In this document: positions 54,390 to 64,000 of the stretch, in pieces | Layout: each line of letters begins with the position of its first letter | Position numbering within the stretch: position 1 is the first letter of the stretch | DNA from: Octopus sinensis | Lineage: Eukaryota | DNA length: 64,000 bases | Direction: 5' to 3' | Assembly: GCF_006345805.1 (NCBI RefSeq) | Contig: NC_043000.1 | Span: forward strand, 117,552,001 to 117,616,000 | Notes under the pieces: model-generated | What the model was told of the DNA's origin: nothing | Database searches by the model: none | Seen by the model: only the letters and a program-made list of their open reading frames with translations | Position numbers and translations under genes: made by a program

Positions 54390-55007
54390 TACTATTATGA
54401 TGATGATTCTCTGTAATATTTTGAGGTTTTCAAAAAATATCAAATGGAATGGTAGTGCATAGAGACTCAGTTTTTTATGGCATTGGTTGTGGGCCATATG
54501 GGATCAAACAAAATGGGAATTTAGATTCCTTCATCATCATCATCATCATCATCATCATTGGTTAATGTCCGCTTTCCATGCTAGCATGGGTTGGACAATT
54601 TGACTGAGGACTGGCGAACCAGATGGCTGCACCAGATTCCAATCTGATCGGGCAGAGTTTCTACAGCTGGATGCCCTTCCTAACGCCAACCACTCCAAGA
54701 GTGTAGTATGTGACTTTATGTGCCACAGGCGGTACTGGCAACGGCCCACGCTCAAATGGTGTTTTTTACGTGCCACCTGCACAGGAGCCAGTCCAGTGTC
54801 ACTGGCAATGACCTCGCATGAATGTTTTTTTCATGTGCCTCCATAAAACAAAAAAAATGCAAAAACTAGATAGACTGATACTGCAGTGTGCATGTGAACA
54901 CACACACACAAACAAACAAACACACATTCAATAATGATTTAAGTTGGCTACTTTTCCATTACTTTAAGTTTCATTCTAAAATGGCAATCATTATAGTGTT
55001 TCAACAG
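54303..55007 (+). repeat. Copy 1 of a diverged local direct duplication (copy 2 at 57843-58499)
   Basis: Both run from TTTTAG.AGTAATTAAATGGAGTGGAATTTTGGAAATTTAACTAA to TTATAGTGTTTCAACAG. Confidence 0.85.
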
Positions 55008-55935
55008 AATGAATTTGGTTAGAGGGAAACTGTGTGGTAGCAGATCATTCATATATGTGCATGTGTGTCACTGTAGCTCCACCACACCACTAGAACCTAC
55101 TTTTGGTTTGTTTACATCCCTATTACCTAGCAGTTCATCAAGGGTGACTGATAGAATAACTACCACCAGACGTTTTTAAAAAAATAAGTTGTTGGGCTGA
55201 TTTGTTTGTCTAAAACTCTTCAAGGTGGTGGGTGACCCAGCATGGCCACAATCCAATGACAGAAGCAGTTAAAAGAATAAAAATGGAAGATTTGTTTGCA
55301 ATATAAATCCAGTGACTATAGTGCCATATTGGTCGTTAGTTGGAAAACCTTTGGTTCATTAATTTAAGTAAATGAAATGAACAAATGGATGAGCAGCTTT
55401 TTCATTAAAGAACAGACGCTGTGTAAAATTAAAAACACAAAAGTGAAACAAGAATAGATAAAAAAGTAAATAAATAAAAGGTCTCAAAACCCAGCTCTGC
55501 TGTTAAATTCAACAGTATTGTCCATGTTACAAGCTCTGTCTATTCTCATAGTCATCTTAACTAGTTTTCTTTCCATCATGAACTTCTGACTTCTTCCTCG
55601 CCCACTTCTCTTTCCACAGCTCCTCCCCTTTCGTTTAACTCCACCCACTCAGTGCTATCTGTTGCCTTAATCAAGAGATTTTTCACATTTATGTCCTTCC
55701 AGGTTTTAGTGAATTCTTTTCAATTGGTATAATTAACCCCACACCTAAGCTGTTTCAACACAATAGACTCAGCCAGCAGCACATTATTATTGCTTCTTCC
55801 AGTCTGTCAGCCTTATTTTTTGCCCTGCCCACTCCTAGCTTAAATCTAGTCATTATCTTAATATCATGTAAAAGGCTATATGTTCATATTAAAATTTCAC
55901 TGCCTCATATACATACATACATTCATACACACACA

Positions 55936-56001
<66 letters not shown>

Positions 56002-57000
56002 GGGAAGAGAAAGAGAGTTGTAGATGTATGTGTAAATAAGTGAATAAATATATAAATGGAAAGAAATATAACAAAAACTTTGATTCAGAATAAAATGAGA
56101 GTAGTTTTGTGTCAACCACTAGGAGAACAATAACTTTCAACAGTGGTATCCAGAACAACAAAAAGAGAACTGATATTCTAGTTTTAATCCATACACTACA
56201 TACGTTTGCACCACAAACACATGTTTTATTTGAAGTCTTCCAAATTTGGACCAAAAGTTTCATGTTTATATATATAATATGTATTTAGATGTAACGTGGA
56301 TGTGTATTTTTCCCTCCTAAATAATTCGTTAAGATTTTTGGAAGTTAAAAATTTTAAAAAGTGAGGATTACAACCAATTATGAAAATGAAAAGTTTATGA
56401 TATCTGGATAGAAAAAAAAACAATCAAGCAAAAAAAAAAAAACAGAAGCTGATGGAAAGATTTATTACATCCAAAGGTGGTCTTCCGTTTTCTGGAAGTT
56501 TCCAACAAAATGACTGCTACAAGTTGTTTACACGATCTGTTGCTATATTTTCATCTGAAAGAAAACTTTTTATCTTATGACCAGCAAGCAGTCTTTCAAA
56601 CCCAGGAAATATATGGAGTTAAAAACTATCAGTCTCTATTAAGACAGTGATTGCCAGAAAAAAAAAAAACAGAAAAAAATTAAAATAATAATAAATAAGA
56701 GAAAGAAGGAATAAAATATGACACAAAATCTAAACAGTAGCATCATGATCAAAGAAACCAAAGCAACAACAGCAAAGACTCAGCTTTAATTCTGGAACTT
56801 TAATTCTTCTCAAAACCATTTCATTTTAATTTCCTTTCCTTTATTCTTCAAATCCTCCTGATTCTACTACCTCTATTCCTTTCTGAAACGGATGCTCAAA
56901 GTGTATGTGATAAACCTTAAGGATATCTTTTTCTACCAATTTCTACCAAAGGATATTATTTTCTACCATTCCTTACTCTATTAATCTTCACTCAAGTGGT

Positions 57001-57150
57001 ATGATGGTGAACCATAACACTCATGACTATGGTTACAACTACTACTATAACCAACAAGGCTGCCACCACAACTGGCCTTACTCATGTGATTCTAACCAAT
57101 ATGCCTGTTATCCCAGTTGCCAATATGCAACCTGGACAAATGAACCTTTC
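57001..57150 (+). CDS. Candidate alternative first coding exon of the Mitf-like gene (phase 0), Tyr/Asn/Cys/His-rich
   Basis: 50 codons MMVNHNTHDYGYNYYYNQQGCHHNWPYSCDSNQYACYPSCQYATWTNEPF, then |GTAGGT and an abruptly T-rich intron-like tract. Upstream in-frame TGA TAA at 56908-56913. GC content is visibly higher than the flanks. Confidence 0.4.
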
Positions 57151-57842
57151 GTAGGTTTTGCTTACATTTTTTTCTAAAGTTCATTTCTTTTTTCTTTTAT
57201 CTTTTTCTTTGTTTTGCTTTTGTTTCTGTTTTTGTTTTGGTATAGAAACTTTTTTTTTCAAGAAAACTTATTTATTTCATCATAATGTTGTGAATGTTGT
57301 CAGAGAAATTTCTTAAATTTTTCTTCTTATTACTCTGTTCTTTGAATGTTACATAAATTAATTAGTCATTAGATATCTTTAAATTAATTTGTCATCTTTG
57401 GTTTACTTTGGTTTTGTTTCATTTCTTTGAAATCATCCTCCTTCATTTTATCATGCTTAGCTGTAATTACAGAAATACTAATTTCCAACATAGGCACAAG
57501 ACCAAACATTTGAGGGTAGCAGGTTAGTCAGTTATATTGATCACGGTACTTGGCTGGTACTTTATTATGTCAACATCCAGAGAGTTACCATCAACAAGAA
57601 TTGAAATCAAAATGCAAAAACCTGGAATAAATGCTACAAATATTTTATTTTCCACTGCTTTAGCAATTTTCTTAATCCATTGCTCCTTGGAATCAAAGAA
57701 TTAATACATGTTATCAAGTCATCACATTCTTATTTACTTTACTGAAGTAGATTCTAGAAGGCCTTAAACTTCAGATGAAAACTCCAATCATTTCACTGCA
57801 AAAGAATGTAGCATATTCTAAAAAGGGTATCATTTTAAAATG

Positions 57843-58499
57843 TTTTAGGAGTAATTAAATGGAGTGGAATTTTGGAAATTTAACTAATTATTATTATTAT
57901 TATTGATCACGGGTCCCAGTCTCAGACCGGGCGATGTGTATGTTTATGAGCGAAAACACCTAAGCTCCACGCGGCTCCGGCAGAGGGTAATGGTGAACTT
58001 CTGCTGACTCTTTCGCCACAACTTTCTCTCACTCTTTCCTCCTGCATCTTGCAACTCACCTGCGACGGACCGGCGTCCCATCCAGGTGGGGAACCTATAC
58101 ACCAAGGAGACTGGGAAACTGGCCCTTATGAGCCAGGCGTGGCTCGAGAAGGAACAAACAAAACAATTATTATTATTATTATTATTATTATTTTGCTGTG
58201 TAATATTTAGCTGAAAATATTTTGAGGTTTTCTGAAAAATATTAAATGGAATGGTGGTGCATAGAGACTCAGTTTTTTTTTTTATGGCATTGGTTGTGGG
58301 CCATATGGGATGAAAACAAAATTGGAATTTAGATTCCTTCTGTTTATAAACCCCTTGAGCAAAAACTAGATAGGTTATCAATTGATACTGCACTGTGCAT
58401 GGGAACACACACACATTCAATAATGATTAAAGTTGGCTGCTTTTTTGTTACTTCAAACTTCATTCTAGAATGGTAATCTTCATTATAGTGTTTCAACAG
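57843..58499 (+). repeat. Copy 2 of the local direct duplication
   Basis: Colinear with 54303-55007 apart from different retroposon inserts. Confidence 0.85.
57905..58165 (+). mobile_element. SINE family D, 5'-truncated, in an (ATT)n run
   Basis: Shares ATGAGCGAAA(A)CACCTAAGCTCCAC...GGCTCGAGAAGGAACAA with the 21505 copy. Confidence 0.8.
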
Positions 58500-59130
58500 T
58501 CAACAAGTTTCCTTTGTTGGAACACTGCTTCAACAATTGCAGAATACAAGAGAAAAATAAATCCTGGAAACAATAGGAAAATAGGTAACTTTTAACTATA
58601 ATCTAAGACAAAATATTTGCTCTATATGATGTACTGAGTGGTACTTGTTATATCGATCTCAGAGTGATTATAACCCAAACAAACTCCAAGGGTACCTATA
58701 CTCAAAATGTAAAGGGATGTAGCTAAATACCAAAATGCACTTTTTTTTATTTGCTATCACTTTATTGATTATACCATACACTGCTATATTAAAAAAAAAT
58801 TCTAATAATAATAATAATAATCCTTTCAACAATAGGTACAAGGCCTGAACTTTTGGGATGGAGGGATCTAGTTGATTATATTTACACCAGTGTATGACTG
58901 GTACTTATTTATCACCCCCCCCAAAAAAAAAAATGTTGAAAAGCCAAGCTGACTTTGGTAAGATTTAAACTCAAAATGTAATGAGTCAAAAGAAATGACA
59001 CTAAGTAATTAGCCTGGTAGCATACTAATGAATCTGCCAGCTTGCTGCAATATTACTACCAATTATGATGCTACTACTACTACTACTATTACTAATAATA
59101 ATAATAATAATAATAATAACAACAACACCC

Positions 59131-59395
59131 AGGAATAAAAATGCTTTCTAATTAGCATATCAGTCCCACTAGATATTGATAAATCTCTGAGATGGTGAAA
59201 TTATCCATATACAAAGATCTTGAAATAGAGATAACCCGAATGTGGATCTGAAAACAGAATCAGTCCCTATAATATTAATAGGCATGCTGGGAATAAACAA
59301 GTAATGCTAGCAAAATACATAGGCAATACCTCACAGCTTAAAATAAATATAAATTACAGAAAGTAACACTGCTAGGCACACAGATTGTGTTGGGC
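59131..59395 (+). mobile_element. Decayed R4/Dong-like (restriction-like endonuclease) retrotransposon C-terminal fragment
   Basis: Frameshifted pieces read KCFLISISVPLD...KLSIYKDLEIEITRMW...KTESVPIILIGMLG...LQKVTLLGT. It abuts a (TAA)n run, the known target of Dong-type elements. Confidence 0.65.
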
Positions 59396-59528
59396 ACTTT
59401 TAATATAGGAAAAAGATAGCAAAACCAAAATGAAACACTGCACATTCCCCACTCACAGAGAGCTACACTCAGGAGCGGTGAAAGTACAGAGCCAAAATAA
59501 AAATACTGACTAATAATAATAATAATAA

Positions 59529-60090
59529 ATGCCCTGATGCAGTACCAGGCAGTGGCTCTCATGGCTTCTGATCTTAACTGATTGGAAGTGTTATCATGTA
59601 CATTGTTTTGTCTTGGTATAAAAGATGGGCTACAGCAAATATTCTGCTCCATACCATAGATTTGCTTGTCGGTTGTTTGATTTTAACCAGTTGAGCATGT
59701 CCCTTAGTGACTGATGATATGTGCATCTCTGATCACAAACAGAAGTAGTGGGGGAGCATCATAGCCATGTGTTGAGAGGGATTCTTTAGGGTTTGAATAA
59801 TTCACCTTTGGAAACAAGGGTGTTTCGTTCAACATCCTTAAACAACCCTTACTCAGGGACCTTTTGAACAGGATGCGTAACTCGACCAGAAGAAAATTCT
59901 AACTGGGCCCCACCTGCAAGATCATGTGCTGTTTATCTTGATATGAGATCACCATGTTGTGTACATATACTTGTGATGCATGTGCCTGGTGTACTCTTAT
60001 CAGGTGGGTAATTATGATGGGTATACTGGGCTTCGTAAATTTTACCCCAGCATCACCTTGATAGCATGCACTGCTCTCTCATTCAATAAA
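59529..60090. mobile_element. (AAT)n-flanked interspersed repeat of unknown class
   Basis: GC-richer block between AAT-rich runs; its first ~170 bp recur inverted at ~60572-60741, also next to (ATT)n. Confidence 0.55.
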
Positions 60091-60415
60091 AATTATAGTA
60101 ATATTAATAATAATGGTTTCTGATTTTGACACAAAGTTAGATATTTCGAAGAGAGAGATTTAGTTGATTATATTAAACCCAGCATTTGGGATCCATGACT
60201 AAAGGAGCACATTGTTAGGTGGCCGGTTCCTAATCACACAGCTGCACCTATATATATTTATATATATATATAAATGACGGGCTTCTTTCAGTTTCCATCT
60301 ACCAAATCCACTCTATGTAGTAGAACATACTTGCCCAAGGTGCCATGCAGTGGAACTGACCCCAGAACCATGTGGTTGAGAAGCAAGCTTCTTGCCACAC
60401 AGCCACCACCACCCC

Positions 60416-60458
<43 letters not shown>

Positions 60459-61114
60459 ATAATAATATTAGGGAGTATAGCTCCAAACTTACAGGGAAAA
60501 ATTAGATTTAGTACTAAATCAAATTTCACAGTATAAATATATAAAATATATATATATTTATACTGTCAAAATAAGGGACATGGTCAACTGGTTAGGTCAA
60601 ACAACCAACAAGCAAATCTGTGGTATTGAGCAGAATATTTGCTGTAGCCCATCTTTTATACCAAGACAAAACAATGTACATGATAACACTTCCAATCAGT
60701 TAAGATGAGAAGCCACGAAAGCCACTGCCTGGTACTGCATTGTTATTATTATTATTATAATTTATCTCTAATTCATATTTTATATATATATATATAAACA
60801 CACACACACACATCCCTTGTTTAAAATTATAAAAGAAATTGAACTGGATGCCAATATCAATATTTAAACTTTGGACTTGGGTCAGCAATCAACCGTTTAG
60901 AAACCCACCATGTTTCTTTTTGTTTCTGTCAGAATATTTCCTAATGTTTTCTGTTTGTCTTCATGTTGAGTGGTGAGTGAATCTGAGTAAAATATTACAC
61001 TCCTCTATTACAGTACCCTTTTTAATTGCTAACTAAAAATAGGCATTTGGAATTAAGAACTAAGCTATTATAGACAGAGCATAATAGTTACCTACACACA
61101 TACATACATTCATA

Positions 61115-62078
61115 CACATGTGTGTGTGTGTATGTGTGTGTGCGAGTATGTGTATATATATGTGTGTGTGTATATATATGTGTGTGTGTGTGTATATGTG
61201 TGTATATGTGTGTATGTGTGTGTGTGTATATGTGTGTATATGTGTGTGTATATGTGTGTATATGTGTGTGTGTATATGTGTGTATATGTGTGTGTATATG
61301 TGTGTATATATGTATGTATGTATATATGTATGTGTGTATATATGTATGTATGTATATATATATATGTGTGTATATATGTATGTATGTATATATATGTGTA
61401 TATATATATGTATGTATATATATATATATACGTATGTATGTGTGTATATATGTATGTATGTATATATATATGTATGTATATATATATGTATGTATGTATA
61501 TATATATGTATGTATGTGTATGTATGTATGTATATATATATGTATGTATATAATATATGTATGTATATATATATGTATGTATGTATATATATATGTATGT
61601 ATGTATATATTATATATATATATATATATGTATGTATATATATATATGTATGTATATAATATATGTATGTATGTATGTATATATATGTATGTATTATATA
61701 TATGTATGTATATATATATGTATGTATGTATATATATGTATGTATGTTATATATGTATGTATATATATATATATGTATGTATTATATATGTATGTATATA
61801 TATATATGTATGTATGTATATATATATGTATGTATATATATATATGTATGTATATATATATATATGTATGTATATATATATGTATGTATATATATATGTA
61901 TGTATGTATATATGTATGTATGTATATATATATGTATGTATGTATATATGTATATATATATATATGTATGTATATATGTATGTATATATGTATGTATATA
62001 TGTATGTATGTATATATGTATGTATATATGTATGTATGTATATATGTATGTATATATGTATGTGTATATATATGTATG

Positions 62079-62112
<34 letters not shown>

Positions 62113-63005
62113 TATATATATATATATATATGTACGTATATGTATGTATATATATATATATATGTATATTTGTATGTATGTATATATATGTATATATATA
62201 TATATGTATATTTGTATGTATGTATATATATGTATATTTGTATGTATATTTGTATGTATGTATATATATATATATGTATATTTGTATGTATGTATATATA
62301 TATATATGTATATATGTATGTATATATGTATGTATATATGTATATATGTATGTATATATGTATATATGTATGTATATATGTATGTATATATGTATGTATA
62401 TATGTATGTATATATGTATGTATATATGTATGTATATATGTATGTATATATCTCTCTCTATATAAACGGCAGTTTGTCTGTGCGTGTTTCTGTGTGTCTG
62501 TTTTCTCGTACCCTCACTCTGACCACGGCTTTCAACCGATTCTGATGAAACTTGACACACACATAGCCCAATGTCATAATTCAAAACTAACGCAGCGAAA
62601 ATTTTGAAAAGTTCCCCCAGTTCTGAAAAAAATCGATAAATTCGACATGGGGTCGAGAATCAAAAAAATAAACCACAGACTGTCTAGGGGACGCAACTCA
62701 ACCTTTTTACTCTCAAAAAAAAATTTACCATCATTTTTTTTCTATTTTTTTGCTATTTTTTGGCTATAACTCTCTAAAAATGCTTTATAGTTATTTCCCT
62801 TACAAACCTGAGCAACGCCGGGCGATACTGCTAGTGTATGTATATATGTATGTATATATGTATGTATATATGTATGTATATATGTATGTATGTATATATG
62901 TATATATGTATGTATATATGTATGTATGTATGTATATATGTATGTATGTATATATGTATGTATACATATATATATATGTGTGTGTGTATGTATGTGTATT
63001 ATATA
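61115..63005. repeat. Compound (TG)n/(TA)n/(TATG)n microsatellite, ~1.9 kb including the Helitron
   Basis: Direct inspection; source of the longest spurious ORFs. Confidence 0.97.
62451..62834 (+). mobile_element. Non-autonomous Helitron
   Basis: A|TC 5' end, subterminal hairpin CCTGAGC-AAC-GCCGGG (62807-62822), CTAG|T 3' end, no TSD; interrupts a (TATG/TA)n array. Confidence 0.8.
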
Positions 63006-63484
63006 CATTCTTGGAAACTCACGTGCTTATGGATCAATAGCTACTCAGACATTTTCAGCCCTACTTCTATCCGTTTACTGCACCTTATGTATTTATAAAT
63101 AGCTGACATACTATCAAAAATAAACAAAGCCGGTCCTATCGGATGGGCTGGGTATGTTTTTGGCTATCATAACCAAAATGGAAATAGATACAAGAAAATA
63201 GAACAAAAATAAATCAGTCATAGTAATTATCCCTTATGGGAGTTTACGTTGCATTTAAATAAATGTCAGTCTAAAAATTGGTCAGAATTATTTTGTTCCT
63301 CTCTGAATTTGTCATTTAACTCTACAAGAATCGTAGATTTTCTAATCAGTAATTTCTTTTAAAACTTGTCAATATTTTACTGTTGAATATTCTAGAAATG
63401 CTTGCTGGTGGTTATTGAATCAAGAATTTTAGCTTTGTTGGCCCAAAGTCAACTTTAATCTTTAAAAGGAAGTGTAATATATTC

Positions 63485-63740
63485 TTTGCTACTCAAGGCA
63501 CAAGGCTTGAAATTGTTGGGGAGGGGACCAGTCAATTAGATCGACCCCAGTATGCAACTGGTACTTAATTTATTGATTAGATTGACCCCAGTATGCAACT
63601 GGTACATGATTTATCGACCCTGAAAGGATGAAAAGCGAAGTCAAACCTTGGTGGAATTTGAACTCAGAACGTAAAGACAGACGAAATACCCTTAAGCATT
63701 TCACCTGGCCTGCTTACGTTTCTGCCAGCTTGCCACCTTA
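63485..63740 (-). mobile_element. SINE family B, alternative-tail variant
   Basis: Reverse complement of family B with the GGCCTTGTGCC-type tail and a short internal duplication. Confidence 0.8.
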
Positions 63741-64000
63741 GGAAGTGTATATATTAAAAATGACATGTGGGAGTATGTGTGTATGTGTATTAACTTTTAA
63801 CCTTTTAATCGTTTCAATCATTGGAATGTGACCATACTGGAGCACTGCCCTGAGGTGTTTAGCCTAACAAATTGACTCCAGTGCTTTTTTTTTTTTACAT
63901 TTTTTTCTTTTTGTTTTGAATTCTGGTATTTATTCTCTTAGTCTCTTTTGCTGAAGTTCTAAGTTCTGAGGTTATAGACAGACTTAGACCAGTTGGGTGG

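Noticed and set aside
10933-57089. Scattered TCATGTGA M-box matches (10933, 18954, 57082)
   Set aside because: A few 8-mer hits in 64 kb of AT-rich DNA are not informative on their own.
61118-62607. Long ORFs of up to 475 aa (Y/I/C/V/M-rich) and the many similar ones across the window
   Set aside because: Translations of TA/TG/TATG microsatellites that lack stop codons in several frames and on both strands.
41522-64000. Search for the VQTxLENPTxYH exon and bHLH-Zip exons
   Set aside because: No matching translation found by eye; presumed downstream of the window, though a diverged small exon could have been missed.

Overview
AT-rich animal genomic DNA with no prokaryotic features. The tRNA-headed SINE families and very dense (TA)n/(TG)n/(ATT)n microsatellites point to an octopus/cephalopod (inference). 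It contains one 100-N scaffold gap. Almost every ORF in the supplied track is a microsatellite or SINE artefact. The real gene is missed by the track: the 5' half of a + strand MiT/TFE-family (Mitf/TFE3/TFEB-like) transcription factor. Coding exon 4155-4273 (MDTF...MQDSGIDD...FYELKSK) splices in phase 2 across a ~37 kb intron to exon 41320-41521 (...RTNLKQQLMKQQVAEQERKE...EVPPQVLQ). The next exon (VQTxLENPT-type) and the bHLH-Zip were not found and probably lie beyond the window. The most interesting signal is three candidate alternative first coding exons in repeat-poor islands (29122-29159, 49704-49766, 57001-57150). Each has an ATG after an in-frame stop and a donor in exactly the phase needed, suggesting a vertebrate-MITF-like multi-promoter system that includes MITF-M-like isoforms lacking the degron and Rag-binding region. 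This is a hypothesis without transcript evidence. The introns also hold CR1/L2-, RTE- and Dong/R4-like LINE remnants, a SINE/LINE pair sharing a covarying 3' hairpin, Tc1/mariner- and TTAA-flanked MITEs, a non-autonomous Helitron, a 128-bp minisatellite, a ~900-bp tandem duplication and several fold-back structures. Repeat boundaries are approximate unless TSDs are given.
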